Below, piece by piece: positions 19,760 to 30,000 of a stretch of 64,000 nt of DNA. The position numbers were made by a program, and so were the translations under genes. The stretch's first letter is position 1; every line of letters starts with the position of its first letter. Source of the stretch: an uncultured delta proteobacterium (GTDB lineage Bacteria; Myxococcota_A; Polyangia; Polyangiales; JAFGIB01); NCBI GenBank assembly GCA_963778655.1, contig CAVZVA010000003.1, forward strand, positions 672,001-736,000. The letters are read 5' to 3'. The notes beneath the pieces are model-generated. The model did no database searches. It worked only from the letters and a program-made list of their open reading frames with translations, and was not told where the DNA came from.

Positions 19760-21483
19760 CTTCCCTCCATGAATACGTGACATCCGATACACATCGCCGC
19801 CGTGGGCTCGTGATCCTTCTGTGCCCTGTGGCAAGTTAAACACGCGGCCGGCCGCCGGTAGGGCTGCTCGCCGTGAGAGCGGTGGCAGCTCGTACACTGG
19901 TGGTGCTGGGGCACCTGATGCAGCCCCGGAAGCCGAGCCGGGTCGTGGCAGGTCGTGCACTGCGGCGGCACCGCCGGACCCTTGGGGCCGTGGGGTCGGT
20001 GGCAGCTCATGCAGCCGCCTGGAACGTTCTTGTGGATCCCGGTGGCGCGATCCTGGTGGCACTCGGCGCATTGCTTCTTGACCCTGCCGCCATGCGGCTC
20101 GTGGCACCCCAGGCAGCGTTGGTGCGGCTCGGGAGCCGTCCTGGCCTGCTCCGCATGGCATGAGCTGCACTGCGTCCTGAGCGCGCCGCTGTGCGGCTCG
20201 TGGCAGCCGACGCACTGGGCGTGGCCCGCGCGCACGAGGCTGGCCTTGTCTTGATGACACGACCCGCAAGCCACCGGCGGCCGGTCGGGCTGATGGGCCA
20301 CCGCTTGCCCATGACAGCGAAAACAGTCGGCGTGCTCGGGGCGCGGGCGCACCTGCGGCGCGTTCTTGAAGCGGTGGGCACCATGACAGCCCAGACACAG
20401 CGGCACGCCGGAGTCCGCCAGGTCGAAGGCATGGGGCTTGTGGCAATCGCGGCAGGCCGGCCCCCGGTGCGCGGGGCCCTGATGTAGCCCGGTGTCGGAC
20501 GCGGCGAACCGATGGCACTGCGAGCAGGGCTTGGCCAGTGGAGCGCCGGCTCCGGCGTGCGGCTGGTGGCAGCCCAGGCAGCGGGTGCCGGTTTGGCGAT
20601 CTCGCGGGTGCTCGGGAGCGACGTCTCTTCGGTGACAGCGCTCGCAGGCCTGCGGCGCCGACTGCCGCACCGCGTGCTGATCGTGGCAGCTCAGACAGTC
20701 GCGGTGCTCGGCCACCTTCTCCTGCGCGAGGACGTGGACGTGATCGTGGCATTGGGTGCAGGCGACGACCTCGGACTTGAAGAAGCGATGAGGTCGGTGG
20801 CAGCCGGTACACTTGTCGTGGCCCTTGAAGGTCGACGACCTGGGCACCCGTGCGCGCGACTGCCGGTGGCAGCCGGTACAGCGCTCGGAGGCAACAGCCG
20901 CCTTCTCGTGATAGCCGTGGCAGCTCGCGCAGCCGGTTATCGGGATGTCCGGCTTGTCGTGCCCACTGACCTTTTCACGATCGTGGCAGCTCTCACAGCG
21001 CGTGCTTTGCAGCGAGGGCTTTGCATGGGCGCGGTGACAGGCGCCGCAGTCCTCGTCGAGCCGCTTCGGGTCATGAGGGGCGATCGCCGCGAGCCCGCCG
21101 AGAGCACGTCCGTGGCAGGTCAGGCACGGAATCGGCGCCTTGTCGGCCGCGGAGAAGTCGTGACACGACCAGCACTCGCGTGCGCCGCTCTCGGCGCTGG
21201 CGCTCGCATGCAGCGAAAGCGGCTGAGCCGTGTGGCATTCCACGCAACGAAACGACTTGGCCGGCTGGTACTCCCCGGCCAGCAGCTCGTGGCAGTCCTG
21301 ACAGGCCAGGGGGTGCTCGCCCCGGGCGTGAATGGCGTGCAGCGCGGTCTTGAGGATGCGCTCGCGCGAGCCAACACCCCGATCGCGACCAGGCGCCGGC
21401 GCAGCTTGCGGTCCGCGGCCGCCGCAAGCTGCGGCGAGCACCGCCAAGAACCCGACGACGACGCAAGTCCGAACGGCACCCAT
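19756..21483 (-). CDS. 27-heme lipoprotein multiheme cytochrome c
   Basis: Lipobox LAAAC. 27 CxxCH motifs by manual count, many as CxxCHxPH pairs. Confidence 0.92.
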   Translation of the reverse strand: MGAVRTCVVVGFLAVLAAACGGRGPQAAPAPGRDRGVGSRERILKTALHAIHARGEHPLACQDCHELLAGEYQPAKSFRCVECHTAQPLSLHASASAESGARECWSCHDFSAADKAPIPCLTCHGRALGGLAAIAPHDPKRLDEDCGACHRAHAKPSLQSTRCESCHDREKVSGHDKPDIPITGCASCHGYHEKAAVASERCTGCHRQSRARVPRSSTFKGHDKCTGCHRPHRFFKSEVVACTQCHDHVHVLAQEKVAEHRDCLSCHDQHAVRQSAPQACERCHRRDVAPEHPRDRQTGTRCLGCHQPHAGAGAPLAKPCSQCHRFAASDTGLHQGPAHRGPACRDCHKPHAFDLADSGVPLCLGCHGAHRFKNAPQVRPRPEHADCFRCHGQAVAHQPDRPPVACGSCHQDKASLVRAGHAQCVGCHEPHSGALRTQCSSCHAEQARTAPEPHQRCLGCHEPHGGRVKKQCAECHQDRATGIHKNVPGGCMSCHRPHGPKGPAVPPQCTTCHDPARLPGLHQVPQHHQCTSCHRSHGEQPYRRPAACLTCHRAQKDHEPTAAMCIGCHVFMEGR

Positions 21484-21662
21484 GTAGTAGGGGCGCGGCA
21501 CCCTCATTGGCGGCCTCCCGTCGAAGGCCGAGATCAGACGCACACCGGGACGCTCGGCCGAAGCACCGCCCCCAACTCGAGCGAAATGGACATAGGCCCG
21601 TCGCGAGCCCGCGCAAGCTTCGCGCTTGGACTTGCGCCGCAGCTCGTGCTTGGCTCGTAGTC

Positions 21663-21962
21663 GTGCCGAGGTCCTCGAAGCCGCAGATCAAGCTGCTGCG
21701 CAAGCGGCTGGACGAGCTCGGGGTCCGAGCTCACTTCGATGCGCTGGCGGGCCAGGCGTCGGCCGTCGAGATCCGCGTCAAGGGAGCGGCCACCGACCAC
21801 TCGAGCCTGGCCTCGACAGAGCTCGCGGACGCCGCTCGCAGCTTGGTCGCCGGCGAGATCGTGGCGGTGCAGATTCGCTTCCACCAGGATGGCGCCTGGT
21901 GGTGCGACACGGTGATGCGCGCGGGCGACGGCTTTCGCTTGGTGCGCATGCACCAGGGGTGA
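21663..21962 (+). CDS. Small hypothetical protein
   Basis: GTG start, protein-like composition (...QIRFHQDGAWWCDTVMR...). Confidence 0.55.
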   Translation: MPRSSKPQIKLLRKRLDELGVRAHFDALAGQASAVEIRVKGAATDHSSLASTELADAARSLVAGEIVAVQIRFHQDGAWWCDTVMRAGDGFRLVRMHQG

Positions 21963-22123
21963 CCCGCCTGTCCCCCGGCGCTCCCCGCTTGCCGTGGCGC
22001 CGGCGCGCAGGGCGCCGACTCCCGATTTGGGAGCGAGCTGCTCGCGACACACTCAGCCGCAGAAGAGGACCCCCTAACCGACGATGAATTGCAATATCTC
22101 GGCGTTACTGGCAATCCGTCTCC

Positions 22124-23659
22124 ATGGTCCAAAGCGGGCAGGCGGTTCCGCCTTTGGGACGGGTGGTCATCATCGGGGCGGGGATCGGGGGCCTGGCGAC
22201 GGCGCTCTGGCTCAACGGCAGCGGGGCCGAGATCACGATCATCGAGCGCGACCCGGAGCCGCCGGAGATCGCGCCGGAGGAGGCGTTCGAGCAGTGGGCG
22301 CGGCCTGGCGTGCCGCAGTTCCGACATGCGCACATCCTGCTGGCGCGCATGCAGACCGCCCTGCGCGACCATCACCCCGAGGTGCTGGAGCAGGTGCGCG
22401 CGGCCGGGGTCGAGCTCTCGTCGCTGCAAGACGCGCTGCCCGGATCGCATCTGGCCTCGTTGCAGCCCCAGGAGGGCGACGAGGATCTGCGGCATCTGTG
22501 GGGACGGCGGGCGACCTTCGAATACGTGATGCGGCGCCACGTGGGCACGCTGCCGAACGTGCGTTTCATCCACTCGGCGCGTGTCGAAGGGCTGATCACC
22601 GAGTCCGACGGCAAGCGCCTGCGCGTGCACGGCGTCGAATACAGCCGCGGCGACGTGCGCGAGCGCCTGCCCGCGGACGTGGTGGTGGACGCCTCGGGCA
22701 AGCGCAGCAAGGCGCCCGAGTGGTTGCAGGCGCGCGGGGTGCGCGTCGAGGTCGAGCGCCATCCGTCCGAGTTCGTGTACGCCTGCCGCCACTACCGCCT
22801 GAACGATCCGGCCGCGGCCCCGCCGCGCCGCGACGGCGCAGGTAGCCTGGACTACCTGGGCTACGCGACCTTCTACGCCGAGCACGGCAACTACGCGCTC
22901 ACCTTCGGCTGCCCGGTCGAGGAGCGCGAGCTGGGGGCCGTGATGCGCCGCACCGAGGGCTTCGAGGCGCTGACGCAGCAGTTTCCGGTGCTGCGTCAAT
23001 GGACGCAGCAATCGGTGGCCACGACCAAGGTGCTGGGCTCCGGCGCGTTCGAGAATCGCTGGACCCACTACGGCGGGCGCGGCGGGCTGCGGCTGCACGG
23101 CTTCTTCGCTCTGGGCGACTCGCACCTCGAGACCAACCCGATGTACGGGCGCGGTTGCTCGGCGGCTTTCATCCAGGCGCAGGCGCTGGCCGACACGCTG
23201 GCCGCGACCAGCGACCCGGACGCGCGCGCGCGCCGCTATTACACCCGCACGCGCGCGCTGCTGCGCCCGACCTTCGATCTCAGCGTCGGCACCGATCGCA
23301 TGTTCCACATGCGCGCGGGCCTGCGGCGCGGCGACCGGCTGCCGCTGGGCGCGCGCGTCCTCAACTATCTGTACGAAGCCGCGTGGATCCCCGCCAACTA
23401 CGAGAGCGTGTTGGTGGCCCGGGAGTTCGCCAAGGCCCAACAGATGCGCGAGATCTCGAGCCTCGGCCTGCGCCTGCGGATGTCGTGGCACATCCTGCGC
23501 TCTCTGTTCCGCACTTGGCTGCGGGGTACGCCGTCACCTTTTCTGCCGGTCGTCCCGCAGCACGCCGAGTTCTTGCGGCGCCTGCCCGCCGGCAACCCGC
23601 AGCCCGACACCAGCAGCAGCAGCGGTGGCAGCGCCCCGGTCGATCAAGCGCCCGCATGA
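22124..23659 (+). CDS. FAD-dependent oxidoreductase/monooxygenase
   Basis: VIIGAGIGGL dinucleotide-binding motif, IIERD, GVPQ..HAH, VVDASG and LGDS...NP.YGRG. Confidence 0.85.
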   Translation: MVQSGQAVPPLGRVVIIGAGIGGLATALWLNGSGAEITIIERDPEPPEIAPEEAFEQWARPGVPQFRHAHILLARMQTALRDHHPEVLEQVRAAGVELSSLQDALPGSHLASLQPQEGDEDLRHLWGRRATFEYVMRRHVGTLPNVRFIHSARVEGLITESDGKRLRVHGVEYSRGDVRERLPADVVVDASGKRSKAPEWLQARGVRVEVERHPSEFVYACRHYRLNDPAAAPPRRDGAGSLDYLGYATFYAEHGNYALTFGCPVEERELGAVMRRTEGFEALTQQFPVLRQWTQQSVATTKVLGSGAFENRWTHYGGRGGLRLHGFFALGDSHLETNPMYGRGCSAAFIQAQALADTLAATSDPDARARRYYTRTRALLRPTFDLSVGTDRMFHMRAGLRRGDRLPLGARVLNYLYEAAWIPANYESVLVAREFAKAQQMREISSLGLRLRMSWHILRSLFRTWLRGTPSPFLPVVPQHAEFLRRLPAGNPQPDTSSSSGGSAPVDQAPA

Positions 23660-23670
23660 TCGGGCGCTCT

Positions 23671-23714
23671 AAATCAGAGTTCGCGATTCGGGATCGAATC
23701 ACAAGCTCTGATTT
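23671..23714. terminator. Long imperfect hairpin between convergent genes
   Basis: AAATCAGAG...GATTCG-GGAT-CGAATC...CTCTGATTT, directly after the oxidoreductase stop. Confidence 0.5.
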
Positions 23715-23722
23715 CTCCTTTG

Positions 23723-23776
23723 GCCCCGGCGGATTCACTCCGCCCGGGAAGGGGCCGCAAGGCCGGCGTGCCGCCC
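23723..23776. repeat. REP-like palindromic dispersed repeat, copy 1
   Basis: Reverse complement matches 48617-48669. 26 bp identical, then a conserved GGCGGA/TCCGCC stem. Confidence 0.75.
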
Positions 23777-23863
23777 CTCGTGAAAGAAGCAAGGTCTGGG
23801 AGTTCCGTTCGACCACCGCCTGATCAGGATGAGAACCAGACCCGGCCGCGCGCGGCCCGGATC

Positions 23864-24967
23864 TCAGTCCAGCATCTTCTGCATGATATTCCAGGCCGCG
23901 TCCTTGCACAGGCTGCAGTCGGGCCCGTAGAACCAAGGCCGCAGAGCGGTATCGTTCATCAGTTGCACGCGCATCCACGCGGTGACGGCGACCACGAAGG
24001 GGTGCATCGGGGCGCCGCCGAAACCTCCGGTGAACCAGTTCGTGTGGGATGCGGCCAGCAGCTCCGCATACATCACCGGCACGGTGTCGGCGGTGAACGC
24101 GCTCATCGTGCCGTCGCAACCGACGGTGGTGTCCATGCCGCCACAGATCAGCAGTGCGGGGCCATGAAGCTGGCCGTTGGGCAAGGTGCCCTCGATCGGC
24201 GCGATGGTCGTGATGCGCATGTCCGAGCCTGCCGTGGTCGTGGCGAATGCGCCCTGGGAGTGACCGGTCGCGCCGACCCGCGAAGTGTCGACGTGGTGGT
24301 AGAGCGGGCTCGTCATGTCGTCGTTTTGCTGAAACACCCAATCGACCCCTTGCAGCATGGGCGGCGGCGTGCCCTGCGCGACGTTCATGCTGTTCGACGC
24401 GATCACGATGAACCCGTGCGAGGCGAGCTGATCGAGCAGGAAGCCGTAGACGTTCGGCGTCGTCCCGGTGCCGTTGCCCCAGGTGATGACGGGATGGAGC
24501 TGCGGGTCCTGCGTGAGGTCCATCGGGCGAAACAGCGTGAACGCCATGTCCGGGCCCACGTTGTTCTCGGTCACCGTGGCATACGGCCCCTTCTGCGCCG
24601 GATCGGCGGCGGGCCAATCGCCGGCAGGCGGCGGTGTGCTGCTACCGCCCGTGCCGGCAGCCTGCATGCCGCCGCTGCCGGCCAGCGTGCCGCCCGTGCC
24701 CGCTATCGCCGGCATGCCGCCGGTGCCGGCCGGGCTGATGCCGCCGCTCCCGGAAACGGTGCCGCCCGTGCCGGACATCACGCTGCTGCTGCCGCCCGTG
24801 CCCGAGCCGCCGAGCCCGGCGCCCGCGGCCGGCGCGCCCGGCGTTCCCACGCTCGCGTACGCCCCGCCGGTTCCCCCGTTGCGGTTGTTGGTGCTGCTGC
24901 CGCAGCCAAACAGCAAGGCGGCGCACCCTAGCACCGTCGCAACGCGACCCATCGCAGTCCGTCCCAT
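23864..24967 (-). CDS. Lipoprotein alpha/beta hydrolase (chlorophyllase/cutinase-like)
   Basis: Lipobox LFGC, Gly-rich linker, WGNGTG, LASHGF, GHSQG nucleophile, GGMD and ASH. Confidence 0.85.
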   Translation of the reverse strand: MGRTAMGRVATVLGCAALLFGCGSSTNNRNGGTGGAYASVGTPGAPAAGAGLGGSGTGGSSSVMSGTGGTVSGSGGISPAGTGGMPAIAGTGGTLAGSGGMQAAGTGGSSTPPPAGDWPAADPAQKGPYATVTENNVGPDMAFTLFRPMDLTQDPQLHPVITWGNGTGTTPNVYGFLLDQLASHGFIVIASNSMNVAQGTPPPMLQGVDWVFQQNDDMTSPLYHHVDTSRVGATGHSQGAFATTTAGSDMRITTIAPIEGTLPNGQLHGPALLICGGMDTTVGCDGTMSAFTADTVPVMYAELLAASHTNWFTGGFGGAPMHPFVVAVTAWMRVQLMNDTALRPWFYGPDCSLCKDAAWNIMQKMLD

Positions 24968-25289
24968 GAGGCCTCCCACTGTTCCCGAACCCAGGCTCCA
25001 AGGTACGGCTTCTGCGGCCGCACGCAACGGCAAAGCCCCAGCGGCGCTGGCTCGCCGGGCGCATCCCCTGTCGTTGCAGGTACCAGGGTCGGGACGGACC
25101 GGCTTGCGGCACACGCAGCGGTGCTTACCCATCCGCAAGCCGCTTCGGGCTCGGGGCGTCACTTGTGTTTCCGATGCGATCTGTTTTGGCGCCTTCCCTC
25201 TCGCAGCCACATGATCTCGTTCCAGAATTGCGAACGCCGGTCTAGGCTCGACGAGATCAACTGTCGCGGTGCAAAGCGAGCCGGTCTGC

Positions 25290-26102
25290 ATGCGAATCCA
25301 CGTTGGCTACGAGTTGGTGTATCGGTGCCCGCAGCGGACGCCCATGGTGGTGAAGCTGAGCATTCACCACAGCCGCGCTCCGGACATCATCCAGCCCGAC
25401 CGCCTGCAACTCAGTCCCTCCGTGCCGGTCACGGCCTTTCGCGATTCGTTCGGCAATTGGTGCAACCGCCTGGTAGCGCCCGAGGGCTTGCTCCGCTTGA
25501 GCAGCGACGCGATCGTATCCGACACGGGCCAGCCGGATCTGATTGCGCCCTGGCTCGAGCAGCGTCCGGTCGAGGCGCTCCCCGAGGAGACCTTGCTCTT
25601 CTTGCTCGGCAGCCGGTATTGCGAGACCGACCTGCTGTCCGAGACCGCCTGGCGATTGTTCGATGCGACGCCCAGTGGCTGGAGCCGGGTGCAGAGCATC
25701 TGCGATTTCGTGCACCAGCACATCCGCTTCGGCTATGAGTTTTCGAGCCCGACCAGGACCGCGTTCCAAGCCTTCCACGATCGCAAAGGCGTGTGTCGCG
25801 ACTTCGCCCATCTGGCCATCGCGTTCTGCCGTTGCATGAACATCCCGGCGCGCTACTGCACCGGCTATCTCGGCGACATCGGTATGCCTCCGCCTTACGC
25901 GCCGATGGACTTTTCGGCCTGGCTCGAGGTCTATCTGGGCGACGGTTGGTACGCGTTCGATCCCCGCAACCACACGCCCCGCATCGGCCGCATCCTGATC
26001 GCCAGGGGAAGAGATGCCGCGGACGTCGCGCTGACGACCAGCTTTGGGCTCTCGACCCTGGAGAGCTTCAAGGTGTGGACCGATGAGCTCGCGCTGAGCT
26101 GA
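25290..26102 (+). CDS. Transglutaminase-like protein
   Basis: DSFGN, GSRYCETD, GVCRDFAHL, MDFSAW.EVY and FDP motifs. Confidence 0.9.
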   Translation: MRIHVGYELVYRCPQRTPMVVKLSIHHSRAPDIIQPDRLQLSPSVPVTAFRDSFGNWCNRLVAPEGLLRLSSDAIVSDTGQPDLIAPWLEQRPVEALPEETLLFLLGSRYCETDLLSETAWRLFDATPSGWSRVQSICDFVHQHIRFGYEFSSPTRTAFQAFHDRKGVCRDFAHLAIAFCRCMNIPARYCTGYLGDIGMPPPYAPMDFSAWLEVYLGDGWYAFDPRNHTPRIGRILIARGRDAADVALTTSFGLSTLESFKVWTDELALS

Positions 26103-26155
26103 AGGGGCACCAGACGGCGCTCGCAATCGCGTCCTGCCAGCGAAAGAATCAGCTC

Positions 26156-26884
26156 ATGACGTACTGTGTCGGAATGTTGCTCAAGGACGGTATCGTCTTC
26201 GCATCGGACTCGCGCACCCATGCCGGGGTGGATAACTTCGCCACCTTCTGCAAGATGACGGCGTTCGAACGCCCGGGCGATCGCGTGCTCGTCCTGCTCA
26301 GCTCCGGCAACCTCGCGGGAACGCAAGCCGTCATCAGCGTGCTGAAGCAGCGCTGCGCCGTCGTGGACGGGCCGCCCAACTTGTGGACCGCGCGCACCAT
26401 GTTCGACGTCGCCGTCCTGGTTTCGGATGCGGTGCGCGACATCGAGCGCCGCGATGCGCCCTTCCTGGAAAGCGGACCGATTGCCTTCAACGCCTCCTTC
26501 ATCCTCGGTGGCCAGCTTCGCGGCGAGCCGCCGCGGCTGTTCCGCATCTACGCAGAGGGCAACTTCATCGAAGCAGGAGACGACACGCCCTTTCTGCAAA
26601 CCGGCGAGGCCAAGTACGGCAAGCCGATCATCGACCGCGTGCTGGTGCCCACCACCACCCTCACCGACGCAACCAAGTGCGTTCTGGTCTCGTTCGACTC
26701 CACCATGCGTAGCAACTTGTCGGTGGGCATGCCCATCGATCTGATCTGCTACGAGCGCGACAGCCTGGAAATCCGCATGCGCCGTCGCTTCGAGCAGGGG
26801 GACGCGTACTTCACCCAACTGAGCGCCGAATGGAGCGAAGGAGTACGCAAGGTGTTTCGCGAGCTGCCCGACCTGCCCTGGTAG
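26156..26884 (+). CDS. Anbu proteasome-type (Ntn) protease
   Basis: MTYCVG (Thr1 nucleophile), SDSRT.AGVD, GNLAGTQ, GE.KYGKPI and STMRSNLSVG.P. Confidence 0.92.
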   Translation: MTYCVGMLLKDGIVFASDSRTHAGVDNFATFCKMTAFERPGDRVLVLLSSGNLAGTQAVISVLKQRCAVVDGPPNLWTARTMFDVAVLVSDAVRDIERRDAPFLESGPIAFNASFILGGQLRGEPPRLFRIYAEGNFIEAGDDTPFLQTGEAKYGKPIIDRVLVPTTTLTDATKCVLVSFDSTMRSNLSVGMPIDLICYERDSLEIRMRRRFEQGDAYFTQLSAEWSEGVRKVFRELPDLPW

Positions 26885-27051
26885 CGCGCGAGCCGGCTTC
26901 GGCTCGAGCTCGGATTCGCGGTGGCGGGCCGCAGCCCGCAGCCAAGCCGCCCCCGCCCGGCGCGGGCCGTGCCGCCCGAGGGGTAGTGCGGTGCCCACAC
27001 CGCCGCCTTCAGACACACCGGCGGGCCACGCTAGAATGGCAGCTCGCCTGG

Positions 27052-30000
27052 ATGGAAGACGAGCAGCCAGCGGCCCCTTCGACGCCCGCTCGCGCGCCGG
27101 CTTCGAGCCCGGCTGGACGGGCCGGGCCGAGCTCCGGACCCGCGCCACCGAGGCCGTCGTTCGCGCCCAGCGAGCCGCCCGCCAACGTGACGCAGACGCG
27201 TTATCGTGTGCTCTCGGAGCTCGGACGCGGCGGCATGGGCTCGGTCGAGCGCGTCGAGGACACGGCGACCGGACGCACGCTCGCGCTCAAGCGCCTGTTG
27301 CTCGATCCCGAGAGGACGAAGCGCAACGAGCGGCTGCTCGGACACTTCGAGCTCGAATACCACGTCCTTTCGCATCTCAGCCACCCGCGCATCATCAAGG
27401 TCTTCGACTACGGCCGCGACGTGCTGGGCCCCTACTACACGATGGAAGTGCTCGACGGAAAGGATCTCAAGGCGCTGGCGCCGTTGCCTTATCGACAGGC
27501 TTGCGCGGTCGCGCGCGACGTCGTCTCGTCGCTGGCCATCCTGCACGGGCGCGGCTACGTGCACCGCGACGTCACGCCGCAGAACATCCGCTGCAACGAG
27601 GACGGTCAGGCCAAGCTGTTCGACTTCGGCGCCATGTGTCCCGTGGGCGTTCCCAAGGACGTGGTGGGAACGCCGCCCTACGTGTCGCCGGAAGCCCTGC
27701 AGCGCAACGCGCTCGACGGCCGCACGGACCTGTTCGCGCTCGGGTCGACGCTCTATTACGCGCTGACCGGACTTCATGCCTATCCGGCGCGGACCCTGGC
27801 GCAGCTGCCCGACACCTGGCGCTCGGTACCGCGATCTCCGCGCTCGCTGGTGAGCGATGTGCCCGAACGTCTCGACGAGCTGGTCATGGAGCTGCTGAGC
27901 TTGAGCCCGGTGGCGCGCCCGCAGAGCGCGGCGGTCGTCTTCGAGCGCCTGGTCGCGATCGGCGAGCTGCCACGAGACGAGCAGCTGGAGGTGCGCAGCG
28001 CGTATCTGGCGTGCTCCACGCTGGTCGGGTGCGAAGACACGCTCGCGCACCAGCGCGTCGGTCTGCTCAAAGCGATGCGCGGGCGCGGCAACAGCGTGCT
28101 GCTGAGCGGCCCCGCAGGCGCGGGCCGCTCGCGCGCGCTCGACACGCTGGCGCTCGAGTCCAAGATCCTGGGCGCGGTCGTGTTGCGGGCCGATGCTGCG
28201 GATGCCGCCGAGCCGTACGGGGCTCTGCGCAGCCTGGTGCAGCAGCTCGCCGACGCCCGCCCGCAATACTTCGCCCAGCAGCCCGCCCTGAAGCGGCTGC
28301 GCGCCGGGGCCCCGATCTCCGTCGATGAGCGCCAGGCGCTGCTCGAGGCATGGAACGGGTGGATCCTCGGCTACGCCAGAGCGCACCGTCTGGTGATCAC
28401 GGTCGACGACGTGCATCTGCTCGACGAGCCGTCGCTTGCAGGTATCGCCGGCCTCGCCAGCGAGCTCCAGGGCAGCCGCCTGCTGCTGGCCGCGACCCGG
28501 GCTGCGGGCGAGCCGGGAGCTTCGACCGCCGCGATGGAGCTGCTCGCGAGCCATGCCGCCGCCCATGCCCTTGCGCCCCTGTCGTTCGAAAACGTGCACA
28601 AGATGTTGCGGTCGATCTTCGGCGAGGTGCGTGGCCTGCAGGTGCTCGCAGCCGTGCTGTTCGAGCACGCCAAGGGCAACCCGGGGCTCACGATGGAAGC
28701 CGCACAGGCTCTGGTGGATGCCAAGGTGCTGCGCTACGAGGCCGGCGCATGGGTGTTGCCGACGGTCGCCATCGAGGTCGCCGCGGCCCTGCCCCACGAC
28801 CCGGGCCTTAGGGCGCGCCTTGCGGGCTTGACGCGCGACGCTCGTGAGCTCGCGGCCCTGCTCGCGCTCGACGCTCACCGGCAGCTCACGGCCGCCGACT
28901 ACGCCGAGGTCAGCACACACGGCGACGCGACCCGGAGCTACGACGCCCTCGACGCGCTGCTGAGCGCGCGCGTGCTGTGCCGGCGTGGTGAGCGTGTCGA
29001 CTTCGCCCGCACCGACTACTCGACTGAAATCGCGCACGCCCTGCCGGAACAAACCGCAATCGAAGCACACGGCCGTCTGGCGTGCTTTTACCAGCGGATC
29101 GGGCATAGCTCGGCACAGGCGCACCACGCGGCCGCCGCCGGCGACTGGGATGCCGCCGAATGCCTGGCGATCGCGGCCGATACCGACGACCTGTCGGGCA
29201 TCTGGCTGCGCGATCCGACCGCGGCCGCCACCTACGAGGCCGTGATCGCGGCGCGCGCGGCGGCGGACCCGCGCGCGCCCTGTCTGCTGCCGCTGCGTTG
29301 CCGCATGTTCATGCTGTTCATCCGAACCGAGGAGTGGGCGCGCATCGCCCAACAAGGGCCTGCGATCGTGAACGAGCTGGCGGAACGCTGCGGGATCCGG
29401 GACTACGCAGAGCTCGACGCTCAGGCGCCGCAGGAGCGACTGAGCACCGCGATCGCGCGGGTCGAGCAGCGCAATGCGGACAATCTCGCGCGCTGCGGTC
29501 TGGACGCGGCTTCCGGCATGTCGCTGTTGGATGCGCTCAGGCAGCTGCCGACCCTGATGCTGGGCGTGGCAGCAGCGTCGGTGCTCGCCGCCGACCCCGC
29601 GATCGCGACGGATCTGCCCGCGCTGCAGCCGTTCTATCCGCTTTCGCCCGCCTTTCCGCTGGTCGACCGGCTGCGTGTGGCGATCGCGGCCGTCGCAGGG
29701 GGCGACGTGGCGCCCGCGCTGCGCGACATGCGCGCGATTCACGCGGAGCTGTGGGGCGACGCGCACGGCCTGGAGCCCGCAGTCGCCGACAGCCTGCGCC
29801 ACTTCAGCCAGGGCTTCCTGCAGGGGATGGAGGTCACGCTGGGCAGCCCGGCCGTGCTCGAGCGGCTCGACTACACACGCGGGCACAGCGCCAAGCGGGC
29901 GGAGCGCGAGCGCTATGCGTACTACCTGGCCGTCGGCGACGCGGAGATGGCGGCCAAGACCCGCCGCGACCTGGATCGCCTGGAGGTCCAGAGCGGCGCG

